DNA of 64,000 bases from positions 1 through 64,000 of the forward strand of contig NW_026781914.1 of NCBI RefSeq assembly GCF_031769215.1, written 5' to 3'. Of this stretch, positions 52,120 to 64,000 are shown piece after piece. Position 1 is the first letter of the stretch. The number at the start of each line of letters is the position of its first letter. The stretch is from Ylistrum balloti. Its lineage: Eukaryota. The translations under genes and the position numbers were made by a program. The notes beneath the pieces are model-generated. The model worked only from the letters and a program-made list of their open reading frames with translations, searched no databases and had not been told where the DNA came from.

Positions 52120-53462
52120 ACTACCTGTCTATAACTACCACATGTATATATATGATACCTGTCTATATCTACCACCTGTCTTTAACTACCACCTGTCTAT
52201 AACTACCACCTGTATATATATAATACCTGTCTATATCTACCACCTGTCTATAACTACCACCTGTCTATATCTACCACCTGTCTATAACTACCACTTGTAT
52301 ATATATAATACCTGTCTATAACTACCACCTGTATATATATGATACCTGTCTATAACTATCACCTGTATATAACCACCACCTGTATATATATAATACCTGT
52401 CTATATCTACCACCTGTCTATAACTACCACCTGAATATATATGATACCTGTCTATAACTACCATCTGTATATATATGATACCTGTCTATATCTAGTACCT
52501 GTCTCTACATACCATCTGTCTATAACTCTCACCCGTCTTTATCTATCGTCTGTCTATATCTGCTACCCGTCACTTACTACTACCTGTCTATACCTGCTAC
52601 CTGTCGATAACTTCCACCTATCAATGCCTACCACCTGTCTATACCTACCACCTGTCTATAACTACCACCTGTCTATACCTACCACCTGTCTATACCTACC
52701 ACCTGTCTATAACTACCACTTGTCTATACCTACCACCTGTCTATATCTACCACCTGTCTATACCTACCACCTGTATATACCTACCACCTGTATATATATA
52801 ATACCTGTCTATATCTACCACCTGTCTATAACTACCACCTGTCTATACCTACCACCTGTCTATATCTACCACCTGTCTATACCTACCACCTGTCTATAAC
52901 TACCACCTGTATATATATAATACCTGTCTATATCTACCACCTGTCTATATCTACTACCACCTGTCTATAACTACCACCTGTTTATACCTACCACCTGTCT
53001 ATACCTACCACCTGTCTATATCTACCACCTGTCTAAAACTACCACCTGTTTATACCTACCACCTGTCTATATCTACCACCTGTCTATACCTACCACCTGT
53101 CTATAACTACCACCTGTATATATATAATACCTGTCTATATCTACCACCTGTCTATATCTACCACCTGTCTATAACTACCACCTGTTTATACCTACCACCT
53201 GTCTATACCTACCACCTGTCTATATCTACCACCTGTCTATAACTACCACCTGTTTATACCTACCACCTGTCTATATCTACCACCTGTCTTTATCTACCAC
53301 CTGTCTATAACTACCACCTGTCTATAACTACCACCTGTCTATACCTACCACCTGTATATATATAATACCTGTCTATATCTACCACCTGTCTTTATCTACC
53401 ACCTGAATATATCTACCACCTGTCTATAACTACCACCTGTCTATACCTACCACCTGTCTATA
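52120..53462. repeat. ~17-bp minisatellite with interspersed TA-rich variant units
   Basis: Unit ctaccacctgtctata(t/a/c), with a periodic ctgtatatatataatacctg variant. Confidence 0.95.
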
Positions 53463-53589
53463 AATATCGGCAAACGGATATACATCGGGAAGACAATTCA
53501 GAACTCAAACATTGACCTGACACTGACAAAGTAATCGTGGATAAGTAAACAACGAGAAGAGATCTCTTTTCTATTTTTCTGCCATCTAG

Positions 53590-54782
53590 GAAATTGGGTG
53601 ATCCGTGAGCTGGCATATCTCTTATACTGAATCAAAAGACGGTGGTGTGATCTGTGAACAGGCATGTCTCTTATACTGAGTCAGAAGATGGTGTGATCTG
53701 TGAACAGGCATGTCTCTTATACTGAGTCAGAAGATGGTGTGATCTGTGAACAGGCATGTCTCTTATACTGAGTCAGAAGATGGTGTGATCTGTGAACAGG
53801 CATGTCTCTTATACTGAGTCAGAAGATGGTGTGATCTGTGAACAGGCATGTCTCTTATACTGAGTCAGAAGATGGTGTGATCTGTGAACAGGCATGTCTC
53901 TGATACTGAGTCAGAAGATGGTGTGATCTGTGAACAGGCATGTCTCTTATACTGAGTCAGAAGATGGTGTGATCTGTGAACAGGAATGTCTCTGATACTG
54001 AGTCAGAAGATGGTGTGATCTGTGAACAGGCATGTCTCTTATACTGAGTCAGAAGATGGTGTGATCTGTGAACAGGAATGTCTCTTATACTGGGTCAGAA
54101 GATGGTGTGATCTGAGAACAGGCATGTCTCTTATACTGAGTCAGAAGATGGTGTGATCTGTGAACAGGAATGTCTCTGATACTGAGTCAGAAGATGGTGT
54201 GATCTGTGAACAGGCATGTCTCTTATACTGAGTCAGAAGATGGTGTGATCTGTGAACAGGCATGTCTCTGATACTGAGTCAGAAGATGGTGTGATCTGTG
54301 AACAGGCATGTCTCTTATACTGAGTCAGAAGATGGTGTGATCTGGGAACAGGCATGTCTCTTATACTGAGTCAAAAGATGGTGTGATCTGTGAACAGGCA
54401 TGTCTCTTATACTGAGTCAGAAGATGGTGTGATCTGGGAACAGGCATGTCTCTTATACTGAGTCAGAAGATGGTGTGATCTGGGAACAGGCATGTCTCTT
54501 ATATTGAGTCAGAAGATGGTGTGATCTGGGAACAGGCATGTCTCTTATACTGAGTCAGAGGATGGTGTGATCTGGGAACAGGCATGTCTCTTATACTGAG
54601 TCAGAAGATGGTGTGATCTGTGAACAGGCATATCTCTTAAACTTAGTTAGAAAATGGTGTCATTTGTGAACAGGAATGTCTTTTATACTGAGTCAGAAGA
54701 TGGTGTGATCTGTGAACAGTCGTATCTCTTATATTGAGTCAGAAGATGGTGTGATCTGTGAACAGGCATGTCTCTTATACTC
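53590..54782. repeat. 46-bp minisatellite, ~25 copies
   Basis: Unit gatggtgtgatctgtgaacaggcatgtctcttatactgagtcagaa (starts at 53687, 53733, ...). Confidence 0.97.
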
Positions 54783-55437
54783 AGTCGGGTTAAATGAAGG
54801 TCGAGCCAATGTATATAGCAGTGGTATGAGTTCGTACTTTGTCTCATCATGAGATGATTCTAGTCGTAACTTGATATAACTGCAAGCCTATGCTCAGTGT
54901 CATATCACGGTTCTCCTAGCCAAACAGTGGAAAGTCGTCCAAACGAACATGTATTACATGCAAGGTAAATTCATACACGTGTAATATATGTTCCAGATAA
55001 AAAAAAAAAGGCAATAGTATGGTTGATACTTCAGCAGAGTAAATATCCGTAATGAAAACATAAGTCCATTATATAGGGGTTTATCTTCAAACGATAAACA
55101 AATTGATAATCAAAAACAGACATAGGCGCATGAAGCGTATTGGGTACGCGCAACGGTCTTGACTCGTGAACAGAGATAATATACAGCGAGATTTTTGTAA
55201 ATCGTTATCTGCTATAACCGTAATTACATGGTTGGTTGGAAGGATCATTTTTATTGGTAACATCAGGTGGAATCCGGTATTTGTTTGTTATATTTATATC
55301 TGTTCGGTACGGACCTGGGGGCGAGATACTTGTAATCTGGTTCAAAACACGGAGTACTACAGGACGAAATACTACGGTTCTGGTTCAGAAGATCAAAATT
55401 AAAGTCGATATTCTCTATTTCGGTGCTCTGAACTTCA

Positions 55438-55910
55438 GGAAGAGATACTCTCATTCATTACTCCGAACTTTATGGCGAAATACTCTCGTTCATTACTCCG
55501 AACCTCATGGCGAGATACTCTCGTTCATCACTCCGAACCTCATGGCGAGATACTGTAGTTCATTACTCCGAACTTCATGGCGAGATACTCTCGTTCATTA
55601 CTCCGAACTTCATGGCGAAATACTCTCGTTCAACACTACGAACTTTATGGCGAAATACTTTCGTTCATCACTCCGAAGTTCATGGCGAAATACTCTCGTT
55701 CATTACTCCGAACGTCATGGCGAGATACCCTCGTTCATCACTCCGAACTTCATGGCGAAATACTCTCGTTCATTACTCCGAACGTCATGGCGAGATACTC
55801 TCGTTCATTACTCCGAACGTCATGGCAAGATATTGTAGTTCATTACTCCGAACTTCATAGCGAAATACTCTCGTTCATTACTCCGAACTTCATGGCGAAA
55901 TACTCTCGAT
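55438..55910. repeat. 35-bp minisatellite, ~13 copies
   Basis: Unit catggcgagatactctcgttcattactccgaactt; internal hairpin cgaga-tac-tctcg. Confidence 0.95.
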
Positions 55911-58349
55911 TAATACTTTCCAATCAGATGTAACATATTGATAATACCCTTTCCTGATCTGAAATGGTGTTTTCTACTGATGTAATGTTTTGACATATTT
56001 TGATAATTTGACATCTCTTTCTCCCACAAAGACATCGACATGTAGGAAAATGTCTTCTATAAGGTCATGTGAAATATATAGCATACTGCTCTGTCTATAT
56101 GATACTGTAATATCGTTATGGCGTCGATTCCACCAATATATTCATTTACATTATAAACATGAAGAAATCATTTGTTGAATAAGTGATTGCCAGAATGGTC
56201 TTGTAGATTTGTAGTTCAGCTCTAAACTCGTGTAAGTAACTCCAATAAACGTTCGGGTCATTTAAACCGTTAAGTTAGTGAACACTAGAAATGATTTTTC
56301 ACAATGTTGGTACACCTGTTCCGTATAAACGCCAATCTTAGGTCTATAATAAAGAAACTAGAAATGTTTGAACAAGAAAACAATACGCCGATACAATTCA
56401 TGGGCTCTGTGTTTCTAAAACTAAGATCAAGTGCTAATATGTTCTTGTGGGTAAATAGAGGTACGTAATCCATAGTATTACAGCGGTCAATATGACAAGG
56501 TAGAGGTCAGGGGGAAGGGGTACATTTATAGTACATAGCTCAGTATTTATCTTAAAGCATGACAGATTTTTACACAGCTGAAGGCCAGTCTCTTTATGGA
56601 CCAACTCTCTCCTCATCTACGTGGTTACTACACTCACAATATGGGTTGTTACGTGTAGTTTTATTCTATATTGTATAGCTATCATTCTTCTCGCAATCTA
56701 ACTTCAAAATAGCCTACAGGGGAAATAAATTATCCGGTGTTTCATTTCCCTAGGACGTTTTGAATTCGGACGTCATCAATGTTTTGTGTCCAGTGATCGC
56801 CTCCATTAAGTAGATATACCCTGTGGGTGTAAATGGCATAGTAAGCTGGAGTTAATTTCCTGTAACTTTGCGATAGCTGCCCTCCTACAAAATCATCAAT
56901 AATAACACGTTGTCTAGGCTTTCACAGATGTGTATTTACTCATTCCTTATACACAACACGGACACATTGTCCCTATATCATGTCTTCTCATTCCCTCTCA
57001 CTGTTAATTCCGTCGTCACCGAATAAGATACACATTCCTTTATCTATTTTACAGGCTAGCGATGAATTGCTCCTAACAAAACATCGCTACACCAGCAACA
57101 ATAAGCTCGTCCTAGAATTTATTGAAACAAACCATATTTATAAACGTTTTATCAATTATTGGTACCAAGAACATTCCAATCTCCCACAGACACACGAAAC
57201 CGAGACGTTATCAAGCTACCTATTAGAGATAGAGAAGCCAGATATTTATTTAATATGTCAACAGCACGTGCGCATTAGCGTCACATATTTATAAACAGAC
57301 GTCCATCACGTCAGTAAACAGTCCAGCTGACCATCCAAATCTTGCTTACTGGAGGTCAAGCGTGTCCGTAATGGATGCCGTTTCCATCGTATCCTAGTCT
57401 GGCCTGTGGCGTGGTCTATATCTTCCCTGTCGCGTTGTACGTGGGATAGATAGTGGAAAAGAGAAACCGTAAGTTCATCCTCCTCAGGGTTTGCCAAAAT
57501 AAACATGGGAGTATTTACTTGACGTACCTTTGATGTATTTACAGATAGTACACCAGTAATATACCGAAACAAATACTTTCTACCATTGTTTACACTGTAT
57601 AGATAAATAATAACCAACAGATAACAACGCCAGACCTGAAACTTCAAACTTGTCAGAAATTCGCATGTGAATAACGTTACATGTAGTGGAAACATAATAT
57701 TGTTATAGCTGTTGTAACAGTCGACTCCTGCGGGACCTGACGTTACAACTATCAACACACCCCTATAGAATATTGCATTATCAGATTCTCTCGATAATTC
57801 GCGAGAGAATAATGTCGAACGTAAGTTACAGCTATTTCCATGTGTGTTAACGATGTCTGTGTTTCCAGGGTCTCATTTATCTCCTTTACCCCGTGTTTTA
57901 CACGATATTATGATTTCATTTAAACAACTTGTTTTTTACCACAAATTGATGCTATTTATCACGTCACCATCAGATAGTGGGTTATTCATATTGTCCTTCA
58001 CTATACAATTCTTTTATCGTTATTTCTAGAGAAGCACTGGATGGGTAATCCTCTATTTTTAGATGTAGGGTCGCCTTAATGCCTATTCCTGCATAATCAA
58101 TCGAGATTGGTCGAGAAAAGAATGTGCCGACAAGCGGCCATTCTCCTTTTTGAAAGTCAAAGCTCTTATCACCATTTCTGGGGAGGTACGGGACGGATCT
58201 TAATCAAACTCTATATGTAGATTTCCCTAAGTTCCTACTTGCAATTTTAGGTCTGAAATTAAGAATTGCTGAAAGGCCCTTTTTGTACTTTTTTTTATTT
58301 TCTGATGATTTTTTATTATTAAACAGTGATATGATATTATCAACAAGAC

Positions 58350-58385
58350 CATCATCATCATCATCATCATCATTATCATCATCAT
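58350..58385. repeat. (CAT)n microsatellite
   Basis: About 12 CAT units with one interruption. Confidence 0.9.
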
Positions 58386-60025
58386 ACATAACACGAATGG
58401 CTGAAATACGGTCATCTTGGATTTTAACAGTCATTGTTTTTTATCGCTATTTCTTGCGAAGTCAGTGCAATTCCCAAATTTCATATACAGACTAACCTTA
58501 GTGTGTAGATATGCATTGCCAATTTTGGGATTGATCAGATGTCGGGTCAGTGCGCAACAAAAGCCATAAGTTTGTATTCCAATACTAATTATATTTAAAT
58601 TGTTGAATACCAAATCTAACCCCACGATCATTCTGGTTCCTTGTTCCAATGAATATATTCATCTACTTCTAATTCTAGTACCACATACACAGAGATCCTT
58701 GATCCTTTACGATGCAAGGATTCTTGTTTTGATTGCTTTCTGAATCAGTATAAGATAATGAAGACAAATGTTTCCAGTGAGAGACATGTCACTGGCAGCT
58801 CCTCTGTCCAACCTAATTCCCCAGAGTCGCCACGTGGAACAAACCAACCACTTGTGGATTTCGTGCCTATAACAAATATTTTAATGACCTGACATGGTCG
58901 ATGTTATTCTAGTTCATCACAGCAGCCAGCGTTGACACAGCATGACGGTGCTTGGCGATGATCTGGACAATAAAGCCATTTCCCGTCATTAGACAATTTA
59001 CATAGTAAATAGGGGTTGACACTCGAGAGACCGAGTCGAGGTCCTCATTACAATGAATTGTGGACTTGTAAGCTGGAATATAGCCGGGGTTACTGTCGTA
59101 ATTCCATGTTGTTTCATATTGATCACAACTATTTACACATCTGGCCATAATCTGAAATTAACTCGACAGATTGTTGTCTCTCTAATCACGAGTTATCACT
59201 GGACATTAATGGAACGCCAAGCATGTGCATTTACAAATTAGGTAATAGCAAGAATTGTTTAAAACATCAATGTTAATTTTCCTGACAAATAATAAAAAAA
59301 AACACTCGCGGCCGTTATGTGTGCATGGACTGACACGATTAGTATTTAAGGCGTGATCCGCTGCACTCTCTATTCTCCAATGAACAGTAAAATAATTGTG
59401 AAATGTTTAGCCATTCTGACTTGCTTTGGTGTGTAATGTTATTGGAAGAATTACCAATTTTTCTAATTCTAATATTGAACCGTCCTCAAAGTTTCGTGTG
59501 AGCGAGAGAAGATATATATGTTATCTAAATTTGACATATGTTTTTATACAACGTAATGGAATTAGTTCCCACAATAACAAGATCCCAGTACAATCACAGA
59601 TGTTGGCCTGTACCTTGAGTAGATCTTATGGTACACCCTCGCTGTTGACAAAGAGATAAGGTGACCAGGGATTCCTGCAGGAAATGTGTTAAAATGTGAC
59701 GAAAAAGTCTCGCTCTCTGACCCGATTTCGATTAGATATTAAATTTCGATTGAAGACAAGTTTATTGGTCCTTGTAACTTTAAATATATTTTATTTTCTA
59801 GAAGGCAGTATGATAAACCGCATGTGATACTGGGAATTCTCTCATAGCACTTCAGTTCCTTGTACGAGTGGCTGTGGTAACTTGTAGACATCTGTCTTGA
59901 TAACAACTGAGAACAAATCCAGTCACATATGTAAAGAAAAGTAACATACCCTAAACAAGTTTTAATTGATTTCATCATTATGATTCTTTACTAAATTTCA
60001 AATTTTGTCTACTTCACAGGTAACA

Positions 60026-60955
60026 ATGTCGTCCCCTGAAAAAGTCTACTCGATTAATATCGAGGACATCATTAAGGAATATACTTGGAACAGATTCCGA
60101 AAGTCCAAGCATTTTCTGCGACGACCATTCTACAGGAAAAGTAATTATTATATTGATATCAACTGGGGATACTTAGACTTTAATCATGACACCGTTAGAT
60201 TTGACATCCGCCCCGAGAGTACTAGTACACTGCCAGAGGAAATAGCCTCCACAAGTGTTGAATCTAGTCCAGGCAAACAAAGTGTGGACAAAGACGGAAG
60301 CAAAAATGTGGTTCTGTACAAGTCTAGATATGAGAATAAGACGCCAATGGACCAACAGTACACGTTCTCAACGACTCGCGAGACAAAAGCATCATGTAAC
60401 GTGGAATTCCAAGAAACGTACACCAAAGGAGCCGAATGTAACATCGAGATCAAGGTCCCGGGGGATATTGTCACTATAGGGGCAGGTCTAAGTGGAGAAC
60501 TGGCAGTCACCAAGACAAAGAGCGAATCGTTCGAGGAAACAGTCACGTGGGAGGTCAACACACAGATAAATGTTGCCAGAGGTCACACGGCCGAGGCAAC
60601 GGTGTTTGTGTCAGAACGCAACAGTATGGCTGACTTCGAAGTCAAATCGACCATGTCACTTCCGGATGGAAAGGATATGCCCGTCGCTGTTCGGCGCATC
60701 TCGGATGACATGGTCATGTATACAGATATTATAAACGATCTGGCTCCTGTGTTTTCAGAGGTAGCCAAGAAAAGTCAGATCGTTGAACTAGTGAAAAGTA
60801 AAGATCAGAAACGAGGCATGCTTCGATCGAATGTTATCTTAACAACTCATGGCACATGTAAAAGTATTTCATGGAAAAACCAACATGTCCATGTCAATTC
60901 TGAGCAAGTGGTTAAATATGATGATGATTTAGCAAAGGATGGTGATGAAAAGTGA
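60026..60955 (+). CDS. Aerolysin-like beta-pore-forming protein, ETX/MTX2 family (LIN-24-like), 309 aa
   Basis: Acceptor tttgtctacttcacag|G at 60020 then ATG 60026; CDS in one exon. Motifs: VLYKSRYENKTPMDQQYTFSTTRET, Ser/Thr-rich strands, amphipathic hairpin ECNIEIKVPGDIVTIGAGLSGELAVTKT, TVTWEVNTQINVARGHTAEATV. No signal peptide or lectin domain. AATAAA at 61073. Confidence 0.85.
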   Translation: MSSPEKVYSINIEDIIKEYTWNRFRKSKHFLRRPFYRKSNYYIDINWGYLDFNHDTVRFDIRPESTSTLPEEIASTSVESSPGKQSVDKDGSKNVVLYKSRYENKTPMDQQYTFSTTRETKASCNVEFQETYTKGAECNIEIKVPGDIVTIGAGLSGELAVTKTKSESFEETVTWEVNTQINVARGHTAEATVFVSERNSMADFEVKSTMSLPDGKDMPVAVRRISDDMVMYTDIINDLAPVFSEVAKKSQIVELVKSKDQKRGMLRSNVILTTHGTCKSISWKNQHVHVNSEQVVKYDDDLAKDGDEK

Positions 60956-62499
60956 ATGGATCGATTGTTTCAAGCCTTTGTGATAGCGATTTTAAACGCT
61001 TGTGATAACTAAAGTAGAACTTTAAATGTACTTAACATAGTAGATAACGATTAGGCTTAAGCCTTATCTGCCAATAAACATAAGTGATGAATTCAAAATT
61101 AACACTCAAATTATATTAATTTGACCCGAACTCAACAAATATACGGTTGGGAAAGGAAAGAAAAGTCTTCGGCTGTGTTTAGTTCTGTTTACGAACATTT
61201 TCACTTATTAACCAATAGATATGTCTGGACAACCTTTGAACAAATGGAGCAAGACACCTCAGATAGTTGAATAGTCTTCTTTAGATATTGAAATCGGCAA
61301 ATGAAGACTGACTGCTTAAAAAGAAATTCTGATGAACGTTTTACGTGTAGCTAAAGTAGAGAGACCATGCTCTCCTGAAATCAGTTGTGCCTTGGGCGTC
61401 CGTCACCTAGAAGTTCTTCCTTTATCAGACAACTGCCAGAATCAACTAGATGTGTTGTGTATCATTTTGAACATTGATGTGAACTTTGGACCGTCGGTGC
61501 TATCAGTGATGATATCGGACCACACTTCAAACAGATAAAAAATCATATTTTATAATTCAGAGACGAAGAAGTCTCGTACAGATAGACGCTATGTGAGATC
61601 AATTTACTTCCGAGTAGCGGAATTTGTGACATTACAGAAGGAGATGAACACAATAGTGATAATTCAATGATATTCTGTTATTATACATATTCTAGTAAAT
61701 ACATACATCTTTATTTCGGTATTTGGTTTTGTAATACTTAGTCCAAAGTTCAAATAATTTTAAGTAGAGTCACGTAGAATACGTTTGTACATACTGCATA
61801 CTCCAACTGTCAGTTATTTGCCTATACGTAAATATAAACATTTTTAATTTTTAATTCAACATAATATATTCTAAATTTACATGTGTTATGAATAATGGAT
61901 ATCTTAATCCGTAATTGTGGAACGAATTTATGCCTGTGAAAGGGTAACTATTATTACGATTAATTATATATACACATATATTAGATGAAAATATGCAATA
62001 AAGTGATATCAGTCAATTTTCGTTTGAGATTCCTTCAACGTGCTAGAGAACTTTGTTTTGATTATATTCGCACTAAAGCATTTTATCAATACAGATATAA
62101 TAGATAATAGACGTAACACTAATTTTGGTAGGTGATCTATTTTCGTTAATTTCGTGTTAACTCTTTCCCCAGAAATTCCAGTTCTATCAAAAGAAGAAAC
62201 ACTGCAAAGCCTAAGAATCTAAGAGTAAAGACATTGTAATACAGGAAGCTGTACTAATAAACAGTTATCAATAAAAACAACATTTTCCTATAGCTCGCCA
62301 AAATTCAACGTTAACGTCAAAACGTTTGACTTGCCGTGTACGCCACAATCAACCAACATCTAAATACACTTACAACACGGTAATGTGGGAACGCCCAGCA
62401 CTACATTTTACCATCTACAAAACAAGTGAACTGGGTATTGCTGAAGTAATACATGTTCCCAATCGGCCTCACAAGCCATTACACTGCAATGAAATATCA

Positions 62500-62725
62500 C
62501 TTTTCTAAAATTGTAGTGATAGTAACCTTGACCTTGATCTAGTAATACTAAGATAATTTGAACCTTAATAAGCGTGGATTTTGACAAAAATGTAATACTG
62601 ACCTTGATCCCAAACCCTTGAAACTCGACCTTTAGTTTTATTTGCTTATTACATTTGCGAAGTTTGATAAGAATCTTTCATAGAACTGGGGTACTGACCC
62701 CTTCCCCTGGTAGGGGAATTATAAA
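62500..62725 (+). mobile_element. Possible Helentron/HINE-like repeat fragment
   Basis: Repeated ccttgacctt(ga) motifs and a terminal hairpin ttcccct-ggt-aggggaa followed by ttataaa. Recognised from memory only. Confidence 0.25.
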
Positions 62726-64000
62726 GCAAAAATATTTGGAGAGCCGCTTATTAGCACTATACTTCATCATCGGCTGGCATTATGTGCCCCCGAATCGGAA
62801 ACAAGCCTTTGGATATAGAATCAACTCCATCACGTAGCCTTAACATCGTAGGTTGGGGAAGCATGATTTTTACTATCAATAAAAAGAACATTCATCATTA
62901 CCACACTTGTCACACAGCTGTTCCTTTTTGTTAGATATATATCAACTTCACCGGAAAATTCTGTCTCTAAAATTACAATTTATAGTCAATATTCACATGT
63001 ATCATGCTGTTATTGATATTTACATATCAGTAAAAGCATATATGAATATTAATATTAAATTATCATTTTAGGGTCAGATTTTTCTGTCTAGAGATAGAGG
63101 TAAGCGAATAATGTAGAAGAGTCGGTCTTGTTTTTAATTTTCCATTCTGGTATGAATAGAATTAATAGAATAAATCTCCATCATCAATTCATCTGAAGGT
63201 GAATGTGTAGAATTCGACAAAGCCTTCTGCAGATCCCGCCTCGCATCAAAACGAAAAACATCAGCCTAGAACTGATCATTCTCACGGTGCATTTCATTTC
63301 ATCTTTCCAGGTGCTTTTCACGAAATACGCTCATAGCACTGTTCACGTTTCTTTGAAAGAAAAAATTACACAACCGCAAGGGATTACGTTTCAGCATTTA
63401 CCAAAATTTAAAAGAACTAAGTTTATCGTGATTTCATTAATGCATTTCCTAATTCCAGTAGCTTGGCTGTGACGGTTGACATACCTGTTAGGATGGACAT
63501 CCAAACTATCGATCAATAACGATTTAATGAGAAAAACGTGTCGCGTAAAACGGTACAGAGATTAACAACTTAAGGTTTAATGAAAAATCGATAGATTGTC
63601 ACCGGGAACCCAGGAACTAACTTCCATATAGGTTTTGAACGTTCGACTGGTTATTGTGTGACATATTTTACAAATAAAAGAAAAAGTTCATTTGGTAATT
63701 TCAGTTGCAGGTAAACTATGAAACGAGAAGATAGCATACAAGACCGATGTTACCGATGGAAAACTAAATGTGTTTATGTGGTAGATAAAACAGTGTTGAT
63801 ACTACACACACTCTTTTGGACTGTGATTTATTATAAAATGCAATTAAAGTTTTCCTCTCTTATTCAATACGCACGTTGGCTTTATTGCAAGATAGAGTAT
63901 GAATGATTTAATGATTTAACATGAACTGTAGAATAATCAATTTTCGGGTGCATTTCATTTTCGTGGATTTTGTGGTTACCTTGATACCACAAGGAAGTGA

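Noticed and set aside
17325-55910. Regular 27-46-bp repeats with internal palindromes as CRISPR arrays
   Set aside because: Units are head-to-tail with no unique spacers, no cas genes are present, and the context is eukaryotic.
55263-57758. Minus-strand gene built from ORFs 57306-57758 and 55263-55454
   Set aside because: No recognisable domain, and I could not join the candidate exons in compatible phases.
59640-59845. NF-kB-like sites (gggattcc, gggaattctc) upstream of the pore-forming gene
   Set aside because: Imperfect short matches expected by chance; the true TSS is unknown.
9550-60768. Short antisense or alternate-frame ORFs overlapping the real exons
   Set aside because: Shadow ORFs expected from the higher GC and codon structure of the coding strand.

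Overview
Eukaryotic, AT-rich, intron-containing genomic DNA. A mollusc, probably a bivalve, is my inference from repeat style and gene content; it is not proven. The main structure spans about 3-37.5 kb on the + strand: at least 11 coding modules. Each begins at a pyrimidine-tract/YAG splice acceptor in the same reading phase (phase 1) and ends at its own stop codon. Several have no usable start Met. They encode different nucleic-acid-binding-type domains: eight C2H2/C2HC zinc-finger modules, a 4-exon BEN-domain module, a Crypton-type tyrosine-recombinase (DUF3504-like) module and a 3-exon module of unknown function. This looks like the variable 3' half of one gene with many mutually exclusive terminal exons, analogous to Drosophila lola/mod(mdg4). 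The shared 5' exons would lie upstream of the window. A truncated minus-strand relative of the recombinase module, with its own ATG and hairpin-bearing ends, lies at 40.7-41.3 kb. The 46-56 kb region is dominated by minisatellites. An aerolysin-like ETX/MTX2 pore-forming protein with its CDS in one exon lies at 60.0-61.0 kb. I saw no rRNA, tRNA or CRISPR array. All splice sites, translations and identities were worked out by hand and are predictions.
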